From Terriglobia bacterium (lineage in GTDB: Bacteria > Acidobacteriota > Terriglobia > 20CM-2-55-15): DNA of 64,000 nt. The notes beneath the pieces were generated by a model. It saw only the letters and a program-made list of their open reading frames with translations, made no database searches and was not told the DNA's origin. The stretch is from contig CBDAOY010000006.1 in NCBI GenBank assembly GCA_965198225.1, positions 512,001 to 576,000 of the forward strand. Direction: 5' to 3'. Position numbers and translations under genes: made by a program. Positions 49,978 to 60,904 of this stretch are shown here, piece after piece. The first letter of the stretch is position 1. The number at the start of each line of letters is the position of its first letter.

Positions 49978-50733
49978 CTACCTCTTTGGGACTGGACTCG
50001 GCAAGCCCGTTTTAGTCCTCCAACTCCGAGGGCCGCATTTGAGGATGTGGCCGTGATGGAGCAGCCGGTCCAGCATGGCTGTGACGGCGGCGCTATCACC
50101 CAGTAGTTTTCCCCAGTCTTGGACGGGTCGATTCGATGTCAGTAACGTACTGGTCCGTTCATAGCGTCGCATCACGATCTCGAGGAGTTCCTCTGCTGCA
50201 GTGGGAGGAAGCTTCCGCATCCCCAGATCGTCGATGATCAGCAGCGGGACCGTCGCCAAAGCTTCCATGCACTCCTTTCGGGTACCGTCAATGGTGGCTT
50301 CGGCGATGTCGTCGAGAAGCGCATGAGTTTCACGGTAGACGACCCGATAGCCCTGCTCAATGGCAGCCAAGCCGATGGCCTGAGCCAGATGACTCTTGCC
50401 GGTGCCAGGAGGACCGAGAAACAAGGCATCGTCGTGCCTGGAGATGAAGGCGCCCGTCGCCAGGTCGAAGACCAGACTACGATTCATCTTCTTGTTGAAA
50501 GTAAAGTCGAAGGAGTCGAGCGTCTTCTGGGGATCGCGGAACCGGGCCTGTTTCCGACGCCGTTCCAACAACCGGATGCTGCGACGGTCCAGTTCATCCG
50601 AGACCAGACGAGAGACCAAGTCGATCGGCGCCATGGCTTCGGTCTGGGCCTGGTGGAGGCGTGTTTCCAACACCTCGGCAATGCCGCCGAGCCGGAGTTG
50701 TCGGAGAGCCCGCTGGAGTTCGATCAGATTCAT
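49978..50733 (-). CDS. istB: IS21 helper ATPase IstB
   Basis: GPPGTGKSHLA, LLIIDDLG, LTSNR and AMLDRLLHH. Confidence 0.95.
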   Translation of the reverse strand: MNLIELQRALRQLRLGGIAEVLETRLHQAQTEAMAPIDLVSRLVSDELDRRSIRLLERRRKQARFRDPQKTLDSFDFTFNKKMNRSLVFDLATGAFISRHDDALFLGPPGTGKSHLAQAIGLAAIEQGYRVVYRETHALLDDIAEATIDGTRKECMEALATVPLLIIDDLGMRKLPPTAAEELLEIVMRRYERTSTLLTSNRPVQDWGKLLGDSAAVTAMLDRLLHHGHILKCGPRSWRTKTGLPSPVPKR

Positions 50734-52370
50734 GAGTGTTCCTGCTCCTGGATTTTGAGGTTGATGAGATCGCGATACTGAGTCAGTTCGCGAATGAGAG
50801 GATCGACCTGACGCAGGGCGAGTGGAGGTCGCCGCTCCAGATAGCGGCGGACGAAACGATACTCGTAGACGTGGAGTTCCAGTGCCGCAGCCGAAGCATC
50901 CTCCACGGCGGAGACACCGTACTTCTTGGCCAGGGAGAGCACACCCAGGATGCGGCGGACCGCAGCTTCCCCTTGTCGGCGGTGAATGGCGTCACAGAGT
51001 GTGCCGATGTGGGTGCCAGCGCGGCGGGCTCGGGCCAGCAGTTGCACCGTCGTTAACGGGGTTTTCTTCGGGTTGTCTTCAGCACGGACACGGTATCCAC
51101 CCCGCTTCTGGCGGACATGCTCGCGGAGGAGTGGATAGGTGTTTGGGTCCAGGATCCGGACGTGAAGCGTGTCCCACTGGACCTTGACACCCCGTCCGAT
51201 CCAGCCCGGCGGTACACTGTAATAGGCGGCTTCGACTTCGACGCAACCGTCGAGATGGACGACACGTTCACCGAATTGGTAATAGCGAAACGGTTCGATC
51301 GGCAGCGGCTTAAGAGATGGTTTCTCTTCGGCGAACATGGCCGCCACCTGCCGCTTGGTCGTGCCGTGGATGCGGGTGTCGGCCCATCGGACTTCCCAGC
51401 GATCCAGATACCCCTGGGCCTGGTCGAGGCTCTCGAAGCGCTGTCCCTTCAATGGGGTCTTCTGGGCGTGCCCGACACCGGATTCGACTTTGCCTTTGCG
51501 GTCTGGATCGCGCACCCGGCATGGCATGGCCACCACGCCGTAATGGGTCAGGACATCTCGAAACAACGGATTCAGGGTGGGGTCGTAATGGTCCGGGACG
51601 ATCACGCCTTCGCGCAGGTTATCCAGCACGATGAGGCGGGGAGTGCCGCCGAGTCGGCGGAACGCGGTCTCGTGCAACTGGGCCCAGATGCGGGAACTGG
51701 ACTTGAACGTCAGCAGCCGGACCGATTTGCGGCTGTAGCCCAACGTCATCACGAACAGCCGCGTCCGTCGGTACTTGCCCGTCTTCGGATCCCGGACCAT
51801 CGGTCCGGTCCCGTAGTCGACCTGCGCTTCCTCTCCAGCTCCGGTCTGGATGATTCCGACCGCTTCCGGGGATCGCACTCCCCGGAGTTTGCGAACGAAA
51901 CGCTTGACCGATTCGTAGCTGCCGACAAAACCGTGATCCGTGACCAGGTCCTGCCAGATCGCCATCGCGTTGCGGCCACGCTCCAGCGCCTGTTGGATGG
52001 TCTCCCGGTACGGCTCGCAGGAACTGCCCGACGGTGGGCTTGGAGGGGGAGCCGACGACTCTGCCGAGACCGGATTCTCGGCCTCCGGGTCGGTGGTCAC
52101 TTCGTTGGCCGGTTTTGAAGTATCGGAACCGCCAAACCCCTCAACGACACCATTTACGCCGTCCGGGTCGGTGGTCACCTCGTTGGCCGGTTTTGCCGGT
52201 CGCCGGCCCCAACTCCCGGGCGGCCGAATGGGGATTCCGGCCGCTCTCAGATACGCACTGGCCGTCTCACGACGCACGCCGGTGGTCTGTTCGATCCGAC
52301 GCAGCGGCCATCCAAGCCGCCCCAATGCAACAACTTGCTCTCTCTTTTCTGTGCTCAAGACATTGCTCAT
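50730..52370 (-). CDS. istA: IS21 transposase IstA
   Basis: GEEAQVDYG, VLDNL and KGKVESGV (DDE); RIHGTTKRQ. Confidence 0.95.
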   Translation of the reverse strand: MSNVLSTEKREQVVALGRLGWPLRRIEQTTGVRRETASAYLRAAGIPIRPPGSWGRRPAKPANEVTTDPDGVNGVVEGFGGSDTSKPANEVTTDPEAENPVSAESSAPPPSPPSGSSCEPYRETIQQALERGRNAMAIWQDLVTDHGFVGSYESVKRFVRKLRGVRSPEAVGIIQTGAGEEAQVDYGTGPMVRDPKTGKYRRTRLFVMTLGYSRKSVRLLTFKSSSRIWAQLHETAFRRLGGTPRLIVLDNLREGVIVPDHYDPTLNPLFRDVLTHYGVVAMPCRVRDPDRKGKVESGVGHAQKTPLKGQRFESLDQAQGYLDRWEVRWADTRIHGTTKRQVAAMFAEEKPSLKPLPIEPFRYYQFGERVVHLDGCVEVEAAYYSVPPGWIGRGVKVQWDTLHVRILDPNTYPLLREHVRQKRGGYRVRAEDNPKKTPLTTVQLLARARRAGTHIGTLCDAIHRRQGEAAVRRILGVLSLAKKYGVSAVEDASAAALELHVYEYRFVRRYLERRPPLALRQVDPLIRELTQYRDLINLKIQEQEHS

Positions 52371-54254
52371 GCCGACGGAGCCTGTTTCGGCTTCCCGTCG
52401 GTGTCAATGTCCCGGGCTTATCTATGTTCGTTGGCCGGTTTTCAGGTGACCACCATTGGCCGGTTTTGGGTGACCGCCGAGGGTCACGAGTTCAGGCAAT
52501 CCATACCGTTTCTTCCCCTGAAATCACTAAACCCAAATGTGCTTGTGGCGGTAGTTGCCCAAGTTGTCGAAGTGAAAATTCGATCCAACCGAAACTAAAT
52601 ATCAGCCAGCCAGGTGATCCATATGAACAAGAAGCCGATCAGGTAGCGGAACAAGTCATGCGCATGCCTGCCCCTGAAGTGCAACGACAAACGGACATTG
52701 AAAGAGACGACGGGATCGTTCAGACAAAACCATTCGCCGACACAACTCCCCAGCTTATTCAGCGCCAGGCAGAGGAAATTGAAGACGAAGAAGAGTCTAT
52801 CCAAGCCAAGTCTAGGTCAAATCAGCCCAATGCAATCGAAGCCAAGACCTATTCTCAGATCCAATCTCTTAAAGGTGGTGGTCGTCCTTTGCCGGAATCG
52901 TCACGCGCTTTCTTTGAGCCACGGTTTGGCACTAACTTCAGCCAGGTACGTGTCCATACGGATAATGAGGCAGCCATAGCTGCAAGAAACATCAATGCGC
53001 GGGCCTTCACGGCCAGCAACAATATCGCCTTTGCCTCAGGTGAATTTTCGCCAGAAACGGCAAGCGGCAGGAAACTATTGGCCCATGAATTAACACACGT
53101 CGTACAGCAGCGGGCTATGCCGAATCTTGCGACTGGGGCGATACTCCTGCAGCGTCAGCCCGGCACATGGGCCTCGGCCGGAGATGTTCTCGCCTACCCC
53201 TCTTATGATGCACCCGGCGATGCCCCCTTTATTCCGGTAGCGGCGTTCGGATCGCTCAATCAGACAGACTTCCAAGACCTGCTGCTGGACTGGGGCCGCG
53301 AGCGCTACTCGGGCGATGTGTGGAAAGCCTACAAAGATCAGATCAAGGATTTCAGCGCTGCGATCCTCTGGCGGCAGTACCGGCAGTGGGTGCCCCGGGT
53401 TCAGGCATTCAACCAAGACGCCCAGCTGCTCGGACCGCTCGAGCCGGGGCCCTACCCATGGGTTACCGGAATTTTCATTCGGCTGATGTACAACCCTGTC
53501 GAGACCGTATGGCGGCCCATCGAGATGGGCCCCGAGATCGTGGAACGTCAGCCCGGCGCTCCGACTACACCCCCGGCGCCTCCTGGCGGGGTGCAACCGG
53601 ATCAGCAGTCTTCCGAATCTGGTGTCGGTGCCGGCAATCCAGACTTGCCGGCCCGGGGGACGCTGCTCCATCAGGGATGTAGCGTGGCTCAAGTCAACAT
53701 GATTGGCGCCGATATCGCCATGGTCCACGGCATGCTGGAAACTGCCAATCAATGGTTGGACTCGCCTCGAGGGAAGGCCGATCTGGTCCTCGCAGCAAGC
53801 TTTCCGATGGTCGATCCCGAACACACCCGCAGCACGGTCCGGGACGAGATTCGAGATGCACTGTTCGTCCTCAATAGGATCGCACGTGGCAGGACGAGCG
53901 TTCTGTGTTCGACGGCCCCGAACTGCTGCCTGGGAAGACACCCGGTCTGTCACCCGTTAACTCAGCCGGAAGCGATTCATTTCTGCGCCAACTACTTCGC
54001 CATGCCTCCCCCCGGAAACCGTGCTGGCATCCTGACCCATGAGATGTTCCACGTAGTCCTGCCCAGGGACATCGCCGCTATGCACGCGGTGCAGTTTCTT
54101 GGCTTTGTTGCCGGTCTCGATTGCTCGACCGACCTTGGGGCCGGGGTCCAAGCCGCAAATCTCGATCCTTTCCACGTCGTCGATCTTTTTACTCGTACAG
54201 TCTGGTGTCTATCCCGCCAATAGTAAGAATAAGAGGTCAAATACTGACGGGCTG

Positions 54255-54310
54255 TGGATAACACCTGTTTCATGGGCAGCTTCCAGGCCTTCAGCGATTT
54301 GTAAGCGCGC
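54255..54310 (-). pseudogene. Ser/Thr kinase subdomain VIa remnant
   Basis: LQIAEGLEAAHETGVIH, with the RDLKP continuation lost. Confidence 0.65.
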
Positions 54311-54503
54311 AGCTTTCGCGATTCTGCGAAGTGCATACTCGATGCTGATAAGCCAGCCTGTTTTCGACGGCCCCGTCGTCAACCGAACGCGCTGCTCCAG
54401 CGGTCCCACTCTGTTAGGAGCGACTCTTCGAGGATGACAATCGTCAGCTCGCAGGATACTTTATATTGCAGAGTACTTGGCAATGCAATATCATTCCTGC
54501 TCA

Positions 54504-56006
54504 ATGCGACGGTACTTTCGAACGGCCAAGTTCATCCTGCCCGCCCTCACGGAAGCAACCAGCCCCTACTGGCGCCCAATCAAGTATTCACTCTTTCCAC
54601 CTCTCGGACTTGCCACACTGGCCGCCTACCTTGATCCGAACATCCAAACAACGCTGGTCGATGAGCACGTGGAACCCCTTTCTCTCGACGACACGCCCGA
54701 CCTCGTTGTGATCCAGGTCTATATCACGAACGCCTATCGTAGTTATCAGATTGCCGACTACTATCGGAGTAAGGGGTGCTACGTGGCGCTTGGTGGCTTG
54801 CATGTGACCTCGCTACCTGACGAAGCGGAGGCCCATGCCGACAGCATCTTTCTTGGTCCTGGGGAGGAAACGTTTCCGCAATTCCTGAAAGACGTAGCGG
54901 ACGGACGTCCGCAACGTCGCTACTTCTCATCGCTCCGGACCCTCGAACAAATTCCCCCGATTCGTCGCGCTTTGATCAAGCGTTCGCATTACCTGGTGCC
55001 CAACTCGATCGTTGTCACCCGAGGTTGTCCTCATCATTGCGAGTTCTGTTACAAGGACGCCTTTTTCGCAGGCGGCAAGTCCTTTTACACGCAACGTGTG
55101 GACGACGCGTTGGCAGAAATCGAGTGTCTTCCGGGCCGACACCTGTACTTTCTGGACGACCATCTCCTGGGGAACCCCCAATTTGCCCGGTCCCTGTTCG
55201 ATGGCATGGCTGGCATGGGCCGTCTGTTTCAGGGGGCAGCCACGGTGGATTCCGTACTGCGGGGTGATCTGATTGAACATGCAGCGGAAGCGGGGCTGCG
55301 CAGTCTGTTTGTAGGTTTCGAGTCGTTGAATCCCAGGAACCTCCGTCAGAGCAACAAGCCGCAGAACCTGGGTCGAAGCTACCAACAGGTAATCCGTCGC
55401 CTGGATCAACTCGGCATCATGATCAATGGAAGCTTTGTCTTTGGGTTGGATGATGATGATCCCGACGTTTTTCGACGCACCGTGGACTGGGCACTGGACC
55501 AGGGCATCACGACCGCCACGTTCCACATATTGACACCATATCCGGGCACGGCTCTGTTCAGGAAGATGGAAGCGGCCGGCCGCATCGTCACATATGACTG
55601 GGATCGTTACGACACGCGCCACGTCGTGTACCGAACCCGCGGCTTGAGTGAGCCACAACTAAAGGCTGGTTATGATTGGGCGTATGAGGAATTCTATCGC
55701 TGGACCAACATCGCCAGAGGCTCTCTACATCACAGAACGTTCAAACATTCCTTAAAACACTTCTTCTACACAGCTGGCTGGAAGAAATTTGAGAGTGTGT
55801 GGAATCTTGCCATCAGGACCCGCCAGCTAGGGCATATGCGTCCCCTCCTCGAAGCCGTCCTTTCCAAAGTCACGGCTTCAGGCAGCAAGCCGGATGAACT
55901 TGGCCTCGGCAATAAGCCGCCTTCCGGGATTGGACCGGCATCCGGGAAGCTAAATTCTACAAAGAGGAAACCCTCGCTCAATGACGCGACCGCCGCCTTC
56001 GAGTAG
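54504..56006 (+). CDS. B12-binding-domain radical SAM protein
   Basis: FPPLGLATLAAY, GGLHVT, RGCPHHCEFC (CxxxCxxC), VGFES and TPYPGT. Confidence 0.92.
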   Translation: MRRYFRTAKFILPALTEATSPYWRPIKYSLFPPLGLATLAAYLDPNIQTTLVDEHVEPLSLDDTPDLVVIQVYITNAYRSYQIADYYRSKGCYVALGGLHVTSLPDEAEAHADSIFLGPGEETFPQFLKDVADGRPQRRYFSSLRTLEQIPPIRRALIKRSHYLVPNSIVVTRGCPHHCEFCYKDAFFAGGKSFYTQRVDDALAEIECLPGRHLYFLDDHLLGNPQFARSLFDGMAGMGRLFQGAATVDSVLRGDLIEHAAEAGLRSLFVGFESLNPRNLRQSNKPQNLGRSYQQVIRRLDQLGIMINGSFVFGLDDDDPDVFRRTVDWALDQGITTATFHILTPYPGTALFRKMEAAGRIVTYDWDRYDTRHVVYRTRGLSEPQLKAGYDWAYEEFYRWTNIARGSLHHRTFKHSLKHFFYTAGWKKFESVWNLAIRTRQLGHMRPLLEAVLSKVTASGSKPDELGLGNKPPSGIGPASGKLNSTKRKPSLNDATAAFE

Positions 56007-56088
56007 GGACGGTTTGATGGACATAGGTGGCCATATCGGTCAGGATATCGCCCAGACGAGTTTGCGCGTCGAGAGAGAGGAGCGAATC

Positions 56089-57060
56089 ATGGTCAGCAAC
56101 CTCCCGCAGTTCACACCAACGCTGCTTCTCTTGCCTCTCATAGTCTCGTTCGCCATCAGTGGCTGCGCCGACGCTACTCCGCCACCCCCAGCTGAACCGG
56201 AGGTGGCAGACTCGGGCATCATTCGGAGCGGGCAGTTCGACCTCGAGTACAGGATCGAGGGCACCGGCCCGACCGCCCTCGTCATCGGTTTTCCTAACTA
56301 CTACTCCCGGATCTACTCCGAGAATCTCCGCTCACACCTGCGGATGGTGTTCGTGGACCACAGGGGTTCGGCCGCCTCGCCAGGCCCGGTCGAGAGGACT
56401 GAGTTCGACCTGGAGAGGCTGATCGAAGACATCGAATTGGTCCGTGAGAATCTGCGCCTGGGTCCCATCATCGCGATCGGCCACTCCGGCCACTCCTACA
56501 TGGCTCTCGAATACGCCAAGAAGTACCCGGACAATGTTTCGCACGTCGTCATGATCGGTACCGGCCCGGACCTGGGTGCATCGAGCCGCGACGCGAGGGA
56601 CAGGCACTGGGAGGAATTCGCTTCTGATGAGAGGAAGGCAGCGTTCGAGGAGAACCGACGGAATATGCCCGACGAGCAGCTTGCCGAGCTGCCCCCCGGA
56701 GAAGCCTTTATCAAGAACTACATCCGGAACAGCCCACGAGGTTGGTACGACCCGCACTTTGATTCAACTCCACTCTGGGAGGGCGTCGACGTCAACATGG
56801 ACATGTTCGATTACGTCTGGGGGGAGCTTTTCCGGGACATCGACGTGACTCGTGGGCTGGAGACCTTCGATCGACCCGTGTTCCTGGCCCTCGGCCGCCA
56901 CGACTTTCTCGGGGCGACGCCTTCCGCCTGGGACCCGATCACGGATCGCTTCGCCGACGTCACCGTTCGAATCTTCGAGGAGAGCGGCCACACGCCGCAG
57001 TTCGATGAGCCGGAGTTGTTTGACACGGAGCTGCTCGCCTGGATCGAGGAACACGAGTAA
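56089..57060 (+). CDS. Alpha/beta hydrolase lipoprotein (proline iminopeptidase-like)
   Basis: Lipobox ISGC; DHRG, GHSGH, GRHD and SGHTP; GAGGAG RBS. Confidence 0.88.
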   Translation: MVSNLPQFTPTLLLLPLIVSFAISGCADATPPPPAEPEVADSGIIRSGQFDLEYRIEGTGPTALVIGFPNYYSRIYSENLRSHLRMVFVDHRGSAASPGPVERTEFDLERLIEDIELVRENLRLGPIIAIGHSGHSYMALEYAKKYPDNVSHVVMIGTGPDLGASSRDARDRHWEEFASDERKAAFEENRRNMPDEQLAELPPGEAFIKNYIRNSPRGWYDPHFDSTPLWEGVDVNMDMFDYVWGELFRDIDVTRGLETFDRPVFLALGRHDFLGATPSAWDPITDRFADVTVRIFEESGHTPQFDEPELFDTELLAWIEEHE

Positions 57061-57170
57061 GGAGCGGGACGGAGCCCCACGACCGCCGCCGGACGCCAAC
57101 CGCCGCTTCGCTCCGGGCCGCACCCCGACTGCCTCCCCCGCGTTTGTTTCTGGCGTCGGCAGAGCCGCGT

Positions 57171-58781
57171 CTAGGCGATTCTTTGAATGGAGGGTGGGGG
57201 AGGAATCGGACCCAGCACCGTCTCCACGGCGATTCCCAATCCCAATATCCGGCTGTCGTCGCCCGGCAGACCCTGCAACGACAAGCCGACCGGAAGCCCC
57301 GATGTCAGGCCGGCAGGCACGTTCAGTCCGGGAGTGCCCAGTCGAGAGCCCCAGAACACGTTCGTGATGATGAGGTCGAACTCATCAACCCAGGTGCCAT
57401 TCACCAGGATCCGCTGTCCTGGCGTATCTCCGTTGGAATTGATCAATGGCGGTGGAATCAGTACGGTCGGAAAGGCCAGAGCGACGATGTCGTTCGATCG
57501 AAAGACATCTGCGTATTGACTTGCTGCCTGCCTGACCATTGCATTTCCCTCCTCGGCTGAGAGCGGCGGAGGAGCGTTTCCCGATCGAACCCTCGGCGGG
57601 TAGGAGTTTCGAAAGCGGTTCAGGTCTTCGACCGTTACTTCCGGAACATTCTGCTCGAGCCATTCGGCGAGGCGATTGTCAGGCCTCCGCATCGCGGCGC
57701 CCAGTCGATCTCCCGCGTTGAGCTCCAGGAGGGCGTTGAGATCGATCTCGATCAATCGAGCGCCGGCATCCCGTAGCCTGGAAAACGCCCCCTGCACGGT
57801 CTTCTCCACTCCCGGGTCGAAGATTCGACCTTCCCAATAGTCCGCGCGCGGAATTCCGATACCCACATCACGCAGACTGATCTCGGGCACCGCCTCACCG
57901 GTGATAACGGCGTCCAGGAATGCGACGTCTGCAACCGTGCGCGCCATCGGGCCAATCGTGTCCAACGGCCGTGCCGGCGGCACCATTCCGTCACTGGAAT
58001 ACCGCTTCCGTGTGGTTCGGGCCAGGAAGTTGTCCGGCGAATACGTCGAGGGCCGGAGCCCGGCGATACCCGAGAACGCGGAGGGAAGACGAACCGACCC
58101 GCCCGTGTCTTCGCCCAGCCCCGCGGGAACGAACCGCGCCGCAATCGCCGCACCGTTCCCACCGCTGGACCCGCCGGGAATGCGAGTGAGATCGTACGGA
58201 TTGCGGACGAACCCGAAAAATCGATTGCTCGATGTCACCCCGCCCGGGCTGACACCACCGACCATCGAATGACAATTCGCTTTGGCAAACACGATGCCGC
58301 CGGCTTTGATCATGGTATCGACGACCGGTGCACTTACCCGGGGGACATATCCCTTGATCATCGCGTTGCCCGCTGTCGTCGGATAGCCCGCGACATCGAT
58401 CTGATCCTTGACGATAAAGGGTAGACCGGAGAGCGGGCCGAGCCGATCGCCGCGGGCCCGGGCTTGATCGACCGCACGGGCATCCTGCAGCAAGCGCGCT
58501 TCATCGATCGTGATGATCGCGTTCAAATCCTTGTGGGCGTTGTACTGCTTGAGAAGTTCCGCGGCGTAGAATTCCGCCGACATATCTCCCTGTTGAATGT
58601 GCTCGACTGCGGAGCGCGCGCCGAGTTCGGGCACATCCTCCCTGCCGGTCTGGGCGTATCCGTGGAGCAGTCGCATCGCACTGCCTGTCACGCAGAACGG
58701 GGTTGCCCATGCAGCTGCTTTGAGCAAACGGCGCCGCGACGAATTGACTGGCTCAGGTGGTATCCGGTTTCCTTCTTTCAT
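57171..58781 (-). CDS. Amidase signature family protein with Tat leader
   Basis: SRRRLLK; GLPFIVKD, PGGSSGG and EDTGGSVRLPS. Confidence 0.92.
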   Translation of the reverse strand: MKEGNRIPPEPVNSSRRRLLKAAAWATPFCVTGSAMRLLHGYAQTGREDVPELGARSAVEHIQQGDMSAEFYAAELLKQYNAHKDLNAIITIDEARLLQDARAVDQARARGDRLGPLSGLPFIVKDQIDVAGYPTTAGNAMIKGYVPRVSAPVVDTMIKAGGIVFAKANCHSMVGGVSPGGVTSSNRFFGFVRNPYDLTRIPGGSSGGNGAAIAARFVPAGLGEDTGGSVRLPSAFSGIAGLRPSTYSPDNFLARTTRKRYSSDGMVPPARPLDTIGPMARTVADVAFLDAVITGEAVPEISLRDVGIGIPRADYWEGRIFDPGVEKTVQGAFSRLRDAGARLIEIDLNALLELNAGDRLGAAMRRPDNRLAEWLEQNVPEVTVEDLNRFRNSYPPRVRSGNAPPPLSAEEGNAMVRQAASQYADVFRSNDIVALAFPTVLIPPPLINSNGDTPGQRILVNGTWVDEFDLIITNVFWGSRLGTPGLNVPAGLTSGLPVGLSLQGLPGDDSRILGLGIAVETVLGPIPPPPSIQRIA

Positions 58782-58977
58782 TGATTTCCCCTTGGAACTT
58801 GCGTGAATGGTACGAAAGGAAAGGCTGGGACGCAAACATTGAGTCACTTGCGTTCCAACCGAAACTCGAGGGGCAGAGGGTCGATGTATGTCATTCGGTC
58901 TTCGTCACAAGAAAGAGTGCCGAGTTGACAGCGGGGCATGATATACGTCGCAAATCCAATTCAGGATGGAGGTTTGC

Positions 58978-59856
58978 ATGACACGACGCATCTTGGTCAT
59001 ATGGTCGCTAGTTTTCGTGTGGTCGGGGACTCTCGGCAGTGCTTTCGCGCAACAGCCTGCGCCACCACCTCCGGAAGACGCGGTGTTTACGGATAAGTTC
59101 AAGTCCGCCGCCCGATCTGGAGAACAGCCGAAGCCCCTCGCCTACAGGCAGGAATGGATGTCGGGTTGGGATATGTACCCCGATGGCACAGTTGAATTCA
59201 AGGGTGTGAGTCACTATCCTCAGGAACCGCTCAGTCAGGATCATGTAAAGAACCCCAATCTGGAACTCAAGATGTACGGCGCGTACAAGCCGAAAGACCC
59301 GTCAATCTTTGAAGACGTGCCTCCATGGGACCGGCCGGCCCTCTTGTTTTCGCATCAGTTCGAGGAACAGGTGCCGCACACATGGAATGGAATGTGCTCG
59401 CCCAACTGCGCCGCCACTTTCAGAGAGAGAGATCATTATGTTGATCTGTCAGGCAACGCGAGTGTTCGATGGATCACAAAGGTCCTGGGCACCGGCCATG
59501 AGATTCGCCTGATTTTGAAACTGGCCGATGGGACGTGGATGATGAGCGACAATTGGACGACCGGCTATTCCTCAGATTACGTCGTGTCCGAGGTCGCCCT
59601 TCGCGACATCATCTGGAAGCATCTGAACGTGGACTACAAGATTCCGGCCCATGTTCCGGACGAGCACGTTTACTCGTCTTCGGTTGGCGAACACGCCGAT
59701 GGCCGGTGGTTTGTAAACCCCGACTTGAGCAAAGTCGACGAAATTGGCTGGACGGACTTGACTCCGGGGCTCGGACACGGACAAGGCGGAATGGTCGCCG
59801 TCGGCTGGATGGAGGTTTACGGGAACCTGGTCGAACGGACTTCATCGAAGAACTGA
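58978..59856 (+). CDS. Uncharacterised secreted protein (paralog A)
   Basis: GGAGG RBS; signal peptide ending AFA; closely similar to 60023-60904. Confidence 0.85.
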   Translation: MTRRILVIWSLVFVWSGTLGSAFAQQPAPPPPEDAVFTDKFKSAARSGEQPKPLAYRQEWMSGWDMYPDGTVEFKGVSHYPQEPLSQDHVKNPNLELKMYGAYKPKDPSIFEDVPPWDRPALLFSHQFEEQVPHTWNGMCSPNCAATFRERDHYVDLSGNASVRWITKVLGTGHEIRLILKLADGTWMMSDNWTTGYSSDYVVSEVALRDIIWKHLNVDYKIPAHVPDEHVYSSSVGEHADGRWFVNPDLSKVDEIGWTDLTPGLGHGQGGMVAVGWMEVYGNLVERTSSKN

Positions 59857-60022
59857 AGTGTGCGAAAGGCACGAGGCCTTTCCAGGCAGCGGTGGTTGTC
59901 GGCGCCTTGTCCGATTCCACCGCTCTCATTCCTTGCTCGCACAGTTGAAAAGAGGCGGGCGAATCACACAAATGAAAGGGCGAAGGGGACGTCACCGGTG
60001 CGGTCGGCGTCCCCGACTCGCG

Positions 60023-60904
60023 TTACTGCTGGGCCGAATCGCGCTTGACCAGTGTGCCGTAGACCTCCATCCATCCGACGACACTTGGCGCAGACCTGCC
60101 TCGACCATGGCCCGTTCCTGGAGTCAAGTCCGTCCACCCAATTTCGTCGACCCTGCTCAAGTCGGGGTCCATGAACCAGTGTCCATCCGCATGTTCGACA
60201 ACTGAAGACGTATAGACATACTCATCTGGAACATAGGCCGGGATCGTGCGATCCACATCCAGCTGCTTCCAGAGGATGTCCCGAACCGCGACCTCCGATA
60301 CAACATAGTCCGAGGAGTAGCCGCTCGTCTTGTTGGCGCTCATCATCCACGTCCCGTCGGCGAGTTTCACGATCAGGCGGATCTCATGGCCGGTGCCCGC
60401 GACCATCGTGATCCATCGAACCTTGGCGTTGCCTGACAGATCGACGTAGTGATCTCTTTCCCTGAACGCGACAGCGCAGGTGGGCGAGCACATTCCGGTC
60501 CATACGTGCGGCACCTGTTCCTTGAACTGATGCGAGAACAACAGCCCAAGCCGGTCCCATTGAGGTACATCCTCAAAAATCGAGGGATCGACCGGCTTGT
60601 AAGCGCCGTACATCTTGAGTTCCAGATTGGGGTTCTTTACATGATCCTGAGAGAGCGCCTCCTGGGGATAGTGTCTTGTCCCTCTGAATTCTACGTAGCC
60701 CGGCCCCGTGTCCCACGCCGACTTCCACTCTTGCCGGTAAGCCAGCGGCATCTGCTCTCCCCGTCGTGTCGTGCTCTTGAATTTAGCCGTCAGCGCCTTG
60801 TCTGCCTCTGACTGTGGCGGCGAAGTCGTTTGCGCGAAAACGCTGTCGACAACCCACGAACATGCCAAACACAGCGACAATATGACCAACATGCGTCGTG
60901 CCAT
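60023..60904 (-). CDS. Uncharacterised secreted protein (paralog B)
   Basis: GGGAGG RBS; signal peptide ending VFA; shares long blocks such as LSQDHVKNPNLELKMYGAYKP with paralog A. Confidence 0.85.
   Translation of the reverse strand: MARRMLVILSLCLACSWVVDSVFAQTTSPPQSEADKALTAKFKSTTRRGEQMPLAYRQEWKSAWDTGPGYVEFRGTRHYPQEALSQDHVKNPNLELKMYGAYKPVDPSIFEDVPQWDRLGLLFSHQFKEQVPHVWTGMCSPTCAVAFRERDHYVDLSGNAKVRWITMVAGTGHEIRLIVKLADGTWMMSANKTSGYSSDYVVSEVAVRDILWKQLDVDRTIPAYVPDEYVYTSSVVEHADGHWFMDPDLSRVDEIGWTDLTPGTGHGRGRSAPSVVGWMEVYGTLVKRDSAQQ

Larger units (their letters stand above)
49924..52482 (-). mobile_element. IS21-family insertion sequence (2559 bp)
   Basis: Ends CCTCAGTGGTCACTTCAAAACCGGCCAA and TTGGCCGGTTTTGGGTGACCGCCGAGG, flanked by GTC on both sides; carries istA and istB. 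Confidence 0.9.
49847..54223 (+). pseudogene. DUF4157 (eCIS core) protein with C-terminal HExxH peptidase-like domain, interrupted by IS21
   Basis: Removing the IS and one GTC copy joins 49847-49923 to 52486-54223 into a 604-aa ORF. Motifs: KCACGGSCPSC, QPGDPYEQEAD, FEPRFG.NFSQVRVH, LLAHELTHVVQQ and IHFCANYF...LTHEMFH. Confidence 0.85.

Noticed and set aside
52034-52482. N-terminal 150 aa of the 729-aa ORF in the track
   Set aside because: It is antisense IS21 sequence fortuitously in frame; the true N-terminus lies at 49847-49923.
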